Shown: positions 1-8,080, counted from the stretch's first letter. The stretch is DNA of 13,248 bases from a bacterium (GCA_046757025.1 JBHHXN010000147.1:1-13248); one strand, 5' to 3'. Notes: a model not told the origin generated them from the letters alone. Translations and numbers: made by a program.

Positions 1-832
1 AACAGGTCACAATTTGTCCGCTCCAGGATAACGAAGCCCCTGACCGAGTCGGGCCGGTCTTGCCAAAATGTAATCCCACCGGCAGAACGTCGGCAGCGTT
101 CACGACGCCGTCATTGTTGGTGTCCCCGGGCCAAACGAAACAGCCACAGCGAATGGTGGTTTTAGCGGCTACCGGGGTTAAGTTAATGGCATTGCCAATT
201 GGGTCATTTGCTGAAATATTCGATAGAGACCAGTTTATGTCTGTCGGGTCTGGAGTATTCACCTGAGATACAAATTTTATCCACACGACCGCGCCGCTGC
301 CACTCACCCCTCCCTGACCAGACTTGCGGCTCACACCTACGCTTACCTTTCCGCTGGCGTCATCGGGTGTGGCAATAAATATCAGATCGCCGCCAAGAAA
401 GTTTCCGGGGCCGATTACAGGGTTGGTGGACTGGGCGGAGACATAATCGATGTAGGTGGTCTGGTAGGTTAAATCAAAACTAACGCCGAACAGAACCGTG
501 ACCGGGTCTGGATCGCCGACGTCCACCGCGACCCAGAATTCCTTTCCACATCGCGCGGTTGAGGGCGCGTCGGGTTTTATGGAAACCGCCTGGAGAGGAG
601 TAGAGGTAGTGGTATACCAGAAACCGATTAAATGAATGTGGGACGAGCTGCTTGATACCCCGATGACATCCTGCCCCAATGTTCCAACCATGCGGTAACT
701 GTTGTTGCTGATCACGGCACCCCCATTGCCAAGCACACTTTTCGACACAGCATATTGGGCTTCAGCAGGCTTCTGGAGCGTCAGGCCAGCAACAAAAGCC
801 ATCAGCGTCAAAGTTAATATTAGCTTTTCCAT
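1..832 (-). CDS. Secreted cohesin + dockerin-like domain protein, runs off the window (3' truncated)
   Basis: Not in the ORF track; translated by hand as 277 open codons from ATG 832, with SD GGAAGGAG at 840-847. Signal peptide MEKLILTLTLMAFVAGLTLQKPAEA|Q. N-domain QYAVSKSVLGNGG...VGTLGQ...LIGFWY (614-757). Cohesin-like region (GKEFWVAVDV, LFGVSFDLTY, GNFLG, GKVSVGVS, GVSGSGAVVWIKF). Dockerin-like Ca-loop WPGDTNNDGVVNAADV (~86-133). Confidence 0.85.
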   Translation of the reverse strand, partial: MEKLILTLTLMAFVAGLTLQKPAEAQYAVSKSVLGNGGAVISNNSYRMVGTLGQDVIGVSSSSSHIHLIGFWYTTTSTPLQAVSIKPDAPSTARCGKEFWVAVDVGDPDPVTVLFGVSFDLTYQTTYIDYVSAQSTNPVIGPGNFLGGDLIFIATPDDASGKVSVGVSRKSGQGGVSGSGAVVWIKFVSQVNTPDPTDINWSLSNISANDPIGNAINLTPVAAKTTIRCGCFVWPGDTNNDGVVNAADVLPVGLHFGKTGPTRSGASLSWSGQIVTC

Positions 833-903
833 GGGTATTCTCCTTCCAATCATCGTGGCAACAAGTCCACTATAAACTGATTTGTTCATAAGATCAGATC
901 TCT

Positions 904-981
904 CAATTCAGGAATTGCAGATTTCAGATTGCGGTACAGATGCTCCCAATCCGCAATCTACATTCCGCAGTCCGCAATTGA
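904..981. repeat. Inverted arrays of degenerate heptamers (imperfect hairpin) just downstream of the protease stop
   Basis: Left arm ggaattg-cagattt-cagattg (911-931); right arm caatccg-caatcta-cattccg-cagtccg-caattga (947-981). The arms are approximately reverse-complementary. Confidence 0.65.
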
Positions 982-982
982 A

Positions 983-2542
983 TCAATTCCCAATAACGGC
1001 ATTTCCATTTCGCCATCCCTTCAATGTAACCAGCGTATTGATAATCAATTTCTCAGGATAAAATCCACCGGCGATCCTTATGGTTCGCGGCGGTTCTATA
1101 ATGGCGTTTATCCCCTCGATGACTGTATTGAAAGGATTGGATTGTGAGCCATATTCAAAACCGTTGTTGGCCTGGTCAACGAAAATCGGCGGCATGCGAA
1201 CTTTGAAAGTCATCGTTGGACCTGCCGGTGAAATGTCATAGATTTCAATATAACTGGCGGTTGCATTCGTCCAGCCTGTATTTCTTGGAGTAGAAGTGGC
1301 CGTGAAATCATAACCCTGGACCTTATCGATTCCGTTCCAGAGAGCCAGGCTGTCATTGTGCCAGGTGGTTGGCCAATGTCCCTCCCGTCGAATGAGACGA
1401 ATGACTTTACGCAAATTGGTCTCATTTTCATTAACCAGCCAGACGGCCAGTCCCTGATCATCCAACGCCTCCTGGTTGCGATTTTCTAAAATGAAATATT
1501 CCTTATAAGGATCATTTTGGAGCGGATCGTAGATAATAATTGCTTCGGGCTGGCTATCCTGCAGCGGAAAAGTTCGCTCGGTCTCTGCATCATAAAGAGT
1601 GTAAGTCCCATCGTGGGTGACAATCAGTGGCTTGACGAAACCCAGGTGGATTTTAGCCCACGGATCTAAATGGAGAATGCGCCACTCCGGATACAGCGCC
1701 ATAAAACTATATGGCCCTGGCGGAGGCGGAAGCCAGTCGGTATTATTATTGACGAGATAACCATCTGCAACGTGCGTGTTAGGAGTCGCCTCGTACAAGT
1801 CTCCCAAGCCGAGAATCTGGTGGCCCAGCTCATGGGCCATGGTGCCAACATGCTCATGTTCAGTGGCAGCCGCGATTGCCTGGCTGACATTGAGCTTATT
1901 TCCTTCTACCGGCACCGGGCTGGGATTCGTGGCCCGGACGTTGGCGCCACCGCTGGCAGCTGCATTGACCAGAATAACAGCCAGCTCATCTTTGGTAATC
2001 ACGCTGTCGCCGTTGCCACGCGGCGGCATATCATAAATCGCATAATCGAATAGAGGGTCGGCAATTCTGATCGCTTCCGCACGTTTCTGCTGAATTTCGA
2101 TCAAATCACAGCAATAATCGCCATAGGTGGCTTGTGTGGTACGCCAGCCAATAATGCCGTCTTTTGTCCCATCTAGGTCGCCGTCCGTTGCCGGCACCAG
2201 CAGCAAACGCCCATTGGAGTTTTCTCTGTAAATTTCAGCAACACTTGGCCTGCCATTCGCCCGGTTCTGGCCAAAAAACAGATCATCAAAGTGAGCCACA
2301 TCGTGCGCCGCTTGATGTTGAACGTCTGTGAATTCCATCAGCACCACCAAAAGCGGGCGCTCGACCACGGTATTCTGATTGGCAAAAAGTTCAGGCGTTG
2401 TAATAGCGCCGTTAACACCAGGGTGTGGTTGGTTGGGATGGGCGAACTGGCGCCACAATTGTCCGTAGGCTGTGCGAACCAGTGACGAGTGCATTCCGGC
2501 AATCAGGATGATAGCTCCTATGAAAAAACGGTATCTTTGCAT
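983..2542 (-). CDS. Secreted M6 (immune inhibitor A-like) zinc metalloprotease with C-terminal DUF1565-like module
   Basis: PLLVVLMEFTD, SVAEIYRENSNG, zinc motif HELGHQILGLGDLY (HELGH at 1820-1834), Met-turn YSFMA, PWAKIHLGF, EYFILENR. ATG 2542 with GGAG at 2551-2554 gives signal peptide MQRYRFFIGAIILIAGMHSSLVRTAYG|Q; the track start at 2599 overlaps the upstream gene. Confidence 0.85.
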   Translation of the reverse strand: MQRYRFFIGAIILIAGMHSSLVRTAYGQLWRQFAHPNQPHPGVNGAITTPELFANQNTVVERPLLVVLMEFTDVQHQAAHDVAHFDDLFFGQNRANGRPSVAEIYRENSNGRLLLVPATDGDLDGTKDGIIGWRTTQATYGDYCCDLIEIQQKRAEAIRIADPLFDYAIYDMPPRGNGDSVITKDELAVILVNAAASGGANVRATNPSPVPVEGNKLNVSQAIAAATEHEHVGTMAHELGHQILGLGDLYEATPNTHVADGYLVNNNTDWLPPPPGPYSFMALYPEWRILHLDPWAKIHLGFVKPLIVTHDGTYTLYDAETERTFPLQDSQPEAIIIYDPLQNDPYKEYFILENRNQEALDDQGLAVWLVNENETNLRKVIRLIRREGHWPTTWHNDSLALWNGIDKVQGYDFTATSTPRNTGWTNATASYIEIYDISPAGPTMTFKVRMPPIFVDQANNGFEYGSQSNPFNTVIEGINAIIEPPRTIRIAGGFYPEKLIINTLVTLKGWRNGNAVIGN

Positions 2543-2564
2543 GATATATTCTCCGAAAATAACA

Positions 2565-3758
2565 TTAGTTACCGATGCGAACGGTTCCTCCCTTAGCAAC
2601 CAATCTTATGCGCTTGGAAAGAATTAACGATTCTGCGTAGGTACCTGCCTTGATACTGATTTGAGCCCCGTCCCAGGCCATCGCGTATGCCTCGACGACG
2701 GTATCGAACGGTTGATTGGGCTTTCCCCGTTCTGTTCCGCTGTACGCGTAGTTGACGTAAATCTTGTTGGTATAATGCCTGATATAGACGTCATCGCTTA
2801 TGTCATTATCGAGCAACAGAACATGGAGTTGCCCTGAAATGTTTGGCGCCCGGCCGTCGTCCAGATCCCAGATGGTAAGCCCTTCTGGTTCTTCGCATTG
2901 ACTGCTGCCAAATGGCGGACTGCAATCAGGGTCATAACCGTACCAGAACGGCTGCGCGCCATCCCTGGTGGATTTGATGATCCTGCGTTTCGTCTGCATG
3001 TCGAACACACTGATTCCGTCTTGGTGAGTATCATAATCGCCGAAATACCCATTATTCATATAGAGCAGTTTTCCACTCTCCGAGAATGTTGCGCCCTGAC
3101 CACCTATCAACAAAGGTGAGCCGGATTCGTCAAGGAGCCGCAATTCGCCAGCATATTGAAGAGACATGGTGCCATTCTGCGCCAAAGCGTGCCAGTCGAG
3201 ATCATAAATATATACCCATCCAGGCGCATCTTCATGAGGCGCATAAACCAGCCCATTCACATCCACGGCAACCCATGGCGCATTCCCTGGCTGGGACAAA
3301 TGCTGCGGCAACTTTAGAGTTGCATGAGCGATGTACTGAAGATTGTCGGGATTGAAAGCCGCTACGGCAGGGGGCACGGCTCTGTCCTTATCTTCCAGTG
3401 CAAGAAGTAGAAATCCGGTGGACTCGTTGTACTGGTAGTAGTCGATATCACCAACATGATTATAGGCATTTATACTATTCAGATTCCCACAAGCCACTCC
3501 GGAAACGCCGCAGGCTATGGGCCCGGCCAGGTCAAGGTTAACGGGTATTTTCCACAAACCCCACTCCTGGGAAATAAACCAGTTGTTTTTGTCGTGCGCC
3601 AAACCCTGGACGTTACCAGCGTAGTTTGTTTCCGCCTCATCGGGACGCGTGCTAGTGTAGTTAAAGTAGGATTCATACAAAGCCTGCGCCGCTGCCTCGT
3701 GCGGGGTTGCCAGTGGCGCAAGAACGCAAGCCAATACAAATGCCTTTGCTATTTTCAT
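2565..3758 (-). CDS. Secreted hypothetical protein, probable beta-propeller + C-terminal DUF1565-like module (paralogue B)
   Basis: ATG 3758 with SD GAGGAG; signal peptide MKIAKAFVLACVLAPLATPHEAAA|Q. Blade-like motifs VQGLAHD, HVGDIDY, PWVAVD, GQGATFS, EEPEG. Collinear with 5095..6381. The fold is inferred. Confidence 0.8.
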   Translation of the reverse strand: MKIAKAFVLACVLAPLATPHEAAAQALYESYFNYTSTRPDEAETNYAGNVQGLAHDKNNWFISQEWGLWKIPVNLDLAGPIACGVSGVACGNLNSINAYNHVGDIDYYQYNESTGFLLLALEDKDRAVPPAVAAFNPDNLQYIAHATLKLPQHLSQPGNAPWVAVDVNGLVYAPHEDAPGWVYIYDLDWHALAQNGTMSLQYAGELRLLDESGSPLLIGGQGATFSESGKLLYMNNGYFGDYDTHQDGISVFDMQTKRRIIKSTRDGAQPFWYGYDPDCSPPFGSSQCEEPEGLTIWDLDDGRAPNISGQLHVLLLDNDISDDVYIRHYTNKIYVNYAYSGTERGKPNQPFDTVVEAYAMAWDGAQISIKAGTYAESLILSKRIRLVAKGGTVRIGN

Positions 3759-3871
3759 CTTATCACTCCTCATTCTCAGGTGCTGGAGTTGAATCATTAC
3801 CGCCCACAGCAGATGTATCATGAAATATTTCGAATCCATTTTTGACTCGACTGCCTCTTTGGCTTTGCAAC

Positions 3872-5071
3872 CTAGCGGCGGATCAGCTTGTATTTCCCAT
3901 ACAGGCCCCAGTGGTCTGATGATTGATTGGTCGTCAAGCCATCTTCGCTCAGGGTGCGGCCGATAAACGGCAAGACTTCCACAGTTGTGGGGATGACCTC
4001 GACCGAGCCGGCGTGACTGGGGAGGTAGAAGATGTAGTCAAGGCGGCCGCTGACCGCTTCATCGTCGAAATACGTTGCCAGTGGATTGCAGTCGCAGTAC
4101 GTCGTATGTTGGGCGCCGGTAAAATCGAATCCCGGGCTGTTGCGATCCGAATCCCGGCCGCCGGCCTGAGCGCCCATTCGCGGAATGAGCACGTTGTAGT
4201 ACTCAGACTGCTCGCCGTACACATTGAAGTCGCCCATGGCAAATACCACGTGATCAGGATGCGAGGCTCGATAGTTGGCGATCGCGTCCCGGAGTTGGGC
4301 TATTTGTGCAGAACGCGCCTCGAGGTCGCTGCTGCTATAGTCTGCCTGGGTGTGCGTGTTGAACAAGCCAATGGCGAAGCCATTCTTGTAAATCGTCGCC
4401 TGCACCCAGCCTTTGGCCGCGTTTGGTTCAAAGGTACCTGCCTCCTCTTCATACTCCACCTGCGCAAAACCAACCAGGGGGTACTTGCTCATTAATGCAA
4501 GTCCCGAGTTGAGAATGTCTCCTTCTATGTCCCCGTGATCACCATGAGGGTATCCCGAGCGTGGACGGATTCCATTGGCGCCATCGCCGCCGAAAAACAG
4601 GTCTTCGTCCCAGATCTCTTGAAAACCGACAACATCCGGGCTGGGGTTAGGGCCGCCGAAAAAATCGGCGATGTCGTCCGCACGCTCATAATCTTGCCAG
4701 CTCGGCATGAATACCTCATCTCCGGCCAGGTGGGTATTCAGGATAATAATCTCCAGCGTCGTCGCCGCCTGATAGCCGAGCTTCCCGATGACAGCGCTGC
4801 CGCCGGCAGCCGTTAAAACAACCGGCGTGTCTGTCGTGAAGGTTTCGTAATACTTGCCGGCCGCGATTTCAACAGTGCGGGCCGGCGAAGTCAAAGTCCG
4901 GACAATGCCGGCTTCGACCATTTGATACGGTTTGGCCTGAGAGCCATCCGGATCGGGACTGCCGGCTTTCGTCACATAAATGGCGTTCTGGGCAATAGCA
5001 CTGGCTGACATCCCCAACAACAAAGGGACCGTCAGCTCTATGATGTTTAAATGATAGCGAAAGCTTTGCAT
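3872..5071 (-). CDS. Secreted EEP-superfamily phosphodiesterase (sphingomyelinase C-like) with N-terminal DUF1565-like module
   Basis: EEP motifs LNTHL, DVVGFQEIW, NSGLALMSKYP, KGW, FNTHTQA, GDFNV, RLDYIF, SDHWG. ATG 5071 with GGAG at 5081-5084 is preferred; ATG 5095 overlapping the upstream TGA is an alternative. Signal ...LLLGMSASAIA|Q. Substrate not determinable from sequence. Confidence 0.85.
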   Translation of the reverse strand: MQSFRYHLNIIELTVPLLLGMSASAIAQNAIYVTKAGSPDPDGSQAKPYQMVEAGIVRTLTSPARTVEIAAGKYYETFTTDTPVVLTAAGGSAVIGKLGYQAATTLEIIILNTHLAGDEVFMPSWQDYERADDIADFFGGPNPSPDVVGFQEIWDEDLFFGGDGANGIRPRSGYPHGDHGDIEGDILNSGLALMSKYPLVGFAQVEYEEEAGTFEPNAAKGWVQATIYKNGFAIGLFNTHTQADYSSSDLEARSAQIAQLRDAIANYRASHPDHVVFAMGDFNVYGEQSEYYNVLIPRMGAQAGGRDSDRNSPGFDFTGAQHTTYCDCNPLATYFDDEAVSGRLDYIFYLPSHAGSVEVIPTTVEVLPFIGRTLSEDGLTTNQSSDHWGLYGKYKLIRR

Positions 5072-5094
5072 ACTAAATTTCTCCAAAATGAACA

Positions 5095-6381
5095 TCAATT
5101 CCCGATTATGACCGTCCCTCCCTCGGCGATTAGCCTGATCCGTTTGGAGAGAATCAACGATTCCGGATAGAAGCCGGCCTTAATTTTCATTTGCGCGCCA
5201 TCCCAGATCGGGTAGTGATTGTAAGCCTTACTTATTGTTTTGAAAGGCTGAGAAGGCGACCCATACTCGTTGCCCGTATGGGCGTCATCAACATGGATGA
5301 TTCCGCTATAATGCTTGAGGTAAATTTCATCGGCACTCGCGTCATTATCCAGCAAAAGAACATGAAGTTGTCCTGTAATTCCCGGAGCTCTACCGTCGTC
5401 CAGGTCCCAGATGGTGCTCCCTTCCGGCTCTTCCGATTCACCAGGCCATGTGCCGGGGTTGAAGTCGTAATTGAAGTAGCCATAGCCGTCGGTGGAATGT
5501 GCTACTCTGCGCCCGGTTTGCATGTCAAAAACATTTATGCCATCGTGTGCATAATGGTCATCATAAAAACCAGTCACAATGTAGAGCAGGTTTCCACTTT
5601 CTGAGATCACCCCGCCCTGTATATGCGTGAGCGTGAGCGAATTGCCGGATTCATCGAGAAATGCGAATTCACCATTTGGCTGCAATTTCACCTGGTTTGG
5701 CACAAGATCCCATCTCAATTTGTATATCTCACATTTATTGACTTGCCAATCGGAGGTATATACGCGACCGTTGGGATCGATTGCACACCATCCCGCGCTT
5801 GTACCGCCACTCAACTCGGCATGTCCGACGAAACCGAGATCTCGGGCTCGAAAAACAGCCAAGAGCCCGGCTGGGCCTCTTGTTACCGGTATGACCAGAT
5901 ACACCTCGCCATCATGATTCTCATTTTTATAGTAGCTAAGATCGCCAAAATGATCGTAGCCTTTACTGGCAAGCTCGGGTATGTCATCGAGTGATATCCG
6001 TAGAACTCCCGGAGTATGGGGTGAGACGGAGCCAAGATTTTGAGTTACCGGAATTTTCCATAACGACCGTTCTGCAGGATCCTCATCGTCTGCGTCTGAT
6101 TGCGTGATAAACCAGTTGCTATCATCATGGGTTATCCCCTGAACGTCTTCATGGTATCCAGGATTGACATCGTTTGGATAATTGCCCAAATACAGAAAGT
6201 AGCTTTCGTAGCCATCCTGGGCAATGCCAATTCTCCAAAAGAGTGTTAGAAAAAGCGCTGTTATGGCGATTCCGGTTCGCGCTGCTAATTTATGGTTCAA
6301 TACTCCGAAATCCCGGTCGGTTCGTCGAAGCGATAGCAGCCACCCCCCTTGTCCGCTTGTATTTGTTGCCATTTCTCTCAT
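5095..6381 (-). CDS. Secreted hypothetical protein, probable beta-propeller + C-terminal DUF1565-like module (paralogue A)
   Basis: 428 aa ORF with YESYF, VQGITHD, LWKIPV, HFGDLSYY, IQGG, EEPEGSTIWDLDDGRAPGITGQLHVLLLDND. Hydrophobic stretch IAITALFLTLFWRIGIA|Q. Start uncertain: about 35 residues precede the h-region. Confidence 0.8.
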   Translation of the reverse strand: MREMATNTSGQGGWLLSLRRTDRDFGVLNHKLAARTGIAITALFLTLFWRIGIAQDGYESYFLYLGNYPNDVNPGYHEDVQGITHDDSNWFITQSDADDEDPAERSLWKIPVTQNLGSVSPHTPGVLRISLDDIPELASKGYDHFGDLSYYKNENHDGEVYLVIPVTRGPAGLLAVFRARDLGFVGHAELSGGTSAGWCAIDPNGRVYTSDWQVNKCEIYKLRWDLVPNQVKLQPNGEFAFLDESGNSLTLTHIQGGVISESGNLLYIVTGFYDDHYAHDGINVFDMQTGRRVAHSTDGYGYFNYDFNPGTWPGESEEPEGSTIWDLDDGRAPGITGQLHVLLLDNDASADEIYLKHYSGIIHVDDAHTGNEYGSPSQPFKTISKAYNHYPIWDGAQMKIKAGFYPESLILSKRIRLIAEGGTVIIGN

Positions 6382-6394
6382 GGTTCGCTCTCTC

Positions 6395-8035
6395 TTACTG
6401 CAACGTTACCAACACAAGGACAAGCCCTTTACCATGAGTCAGCGGGGTCATCGCCTTGCCGATGATGGCGCCGCTGGCTTGTGAGTGATCTGACACTTTC
6501 ATCGCGTGGCCGGGCGTTTCAGAAGTGGTTAGCAAATCGCCTACTTCAATGACGCCATTGGAAGCATCGGCATAGCAGTAGACGCGGCCTGTCAAAGCAA
6601 CCGGGTACTGTCCATCGGCTACTGAGCCGAATTGTCCCATGAGCATGCCCGGTTTAACGCCGCCCGCGCCGCTGATGATGCCCGCCACTTTGCGGTCATA
6701 AACCTGGCTGCTGACCACGAGCTTGCCGGGATTTTCCGCATCGATGGAGACCACCATGCCCGGCTGAATTTGTTGCTGAGCAGAATTAGCTCCGCCGACC
6801 TGATTCGCCACTACATCAAACTGTTCGGAGAGGTCTGAGCCGCCGGTTATCTCCAGGACTTTGGTGGTGGTCTTACCGTTCTCGTCAACCGTACAAACGT
6901 CATTCCCACCAGAATTTTTAACCCTGAAGACGCCATTTTCTCCACCATTATTGTCAAGCCTCACGATGACATCATAGTTGCTTGACAGGATCAAGACGCT
7001 GTTCGGAATGGATGGGTCGGTATTGATTCTTCCTATGATGCCGCCAAGACCCAGGTCAGCGTGGTCATTATCACTGGAGAAAAAGCCACCGAAATCGGTG
7101 GTCCCTTTTCCCCAAACCCCGTAGCCGCTGCCGGTACTCACGCCAAACACACCGTTGCCGTCGCTGTTGACGCCATATACTGCGGAAAAAAGCGAGCTAT
7201 TGTTGTGGCCCTCTATGGCGCCACCCCCACCTTCATTAACGCCGAATATCGCAGAGGTCAGGGCTGCGCTAGTTATGCCCCAAACAGCTTTGCCATCGAC
7301 GCTTCGTCCAAAGACGCCGGTGCCAAAACCATCGGCTGAGCCATGCACGCCGTAGCCTTCATGACTAAAGCCGCGTACACCAGCAGATTCTGTAAAAGGG
7401 CCCTCAGCGAACCCCATAAGGCCATGCAGGTTCAGACCTTCAAGAGCCGCTCCTGTCCCAAATTGGTGAACTTCAACCCCCCCGTCTTCACTTCCAACTT
7501 GCCCTTTGAAGGGCAAACTCAATCCTGTTGCCGCTGGTTTATCCCACACCACATTCGAACCGTTGTACATAAGAGCTTGACCGGCAGATGCGCCCGTTGT
7601 ATTAAGCTTTGACGTCGTAACCGCACCATCAGCAATTTTGTTGCTCGTCACAGCATTATCTACTATCGACCGCGCCTGCAAGCCATAAGCCGAGGCGGTA
7701 AGTTGTATCCGTGGCGAAAGCTCTGTGCCTGTGCCCACGGTGATGCCAAGCCAATAGGGTTTATCAAAAGGTCTGTTCAACGGATTCGCGCTTCCTAACC
7801 TCACATTGAAAATACCATGGCTTATAGCTGCAACCTGCGACTCAGACCAGATGGATGTTCCACCAGATGCCGCTTCGTACAGCTTGAAGGTCAGGGTGTA
7901 ATTGCCATCTGAGACCACGTTGCCACTAACATCGGTTAACACCCCCTGGTAACTGATGGTTTGAGGAACCTGCCCCCAAAGGAATGGCACAGTTAATACG
8001 GAAAACAGTGTGCAGAGAAAAAGTGTCCGATTCAT
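6395..8035 (-). CDS. Secreted tail-fibre-like protein with Gly-rich repeats and C-terminal peptidase G2-like intramolecular chaperone
   Basis: SD AAGGAGG at 8043-8049. Signal peptide then QVPQTISYQGVLTD...LTFKLY...GIFNVRLG. 10-aa repeats IVDNAVTSNK/IADGAVTTSK. (G/A)VxG repeats every ~10-12 aa (~7080-7480). C-domain GGSDLSEQF...PGMVVSID...GIISG...VALTGRV...GDLLTTS...IIGKAM. Confidence 0.75.
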   Translation of the reverse strand: MNRTLFLCTLFSVLTVPFLWGQVPQTISYQGVLTDVSGNVVSDGNYTLTFKLYEAASGGTSIWSESQVAAISHGIFNVRLGSANPLNRPFDKPYWLGITVGTGTELSPRIQLTASAYGLQARSIVDNAVTSNKIADGAVTTSKLNTTGASAGQALMYNGSNVVWDKPAATGLSLPFKGQVGSEDGGVEVHQFGTGAALEGLNLHGLMGFAEGPFTESAGVRGFSHEGYGVHGSADGFGTGVFGRSVDGKAVWGITSAALTSAIFGVNEGGGGAIEGHNNSSLFSAVYGVNSDGNGVFGVSTGSGYGVWGKGTTDFGGFFSSDNDHADLGLGGIIGRINTDPSIPNSVLILSSNYDVIVRLDNNGGENGVFRVKNSGGNDVCTVDENGKTTTKVLEITGGSDLSEQFDVVANQVGGANSAQQQIQPGMVVSIDAENPGKLVVSSQVYDRKVAGIISGAGGVKPGMLMGQFGSVADGQYPVALTGRVYCYADASNGVIEVGDLLTTSETPGHAMKVSDHSQASGAIIGKAMTPLTHGKGLVLVLVTLQ

Positions 8036-8080
8036 GGCTTTGCCTCCTTGTTTGAGGTTAGTTTATCTGATTTCTATTTA

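Noticed and set aside
2543..3839. Track start codons 2599 and 3839
   Set aside because: Downstream ATGs (2542, 3758) have SD sites and give clean signal peptides.
3872..5071. EEP protein as a DNA-repair or retroelement nuclease
   Set aside because: The signal peptide and NSGL..SKYP / NTHTQA motifs fit secreted sphingomyelinase-like phosphodiesterases; no reverse transcriptase is present.
6395..8035. Prophage or tailocin interpretation of the fibre gene
   Set aside because: It has a signal peptide, and no capsid, tail tube/sheath, integrase or lysis genes occur in the window.
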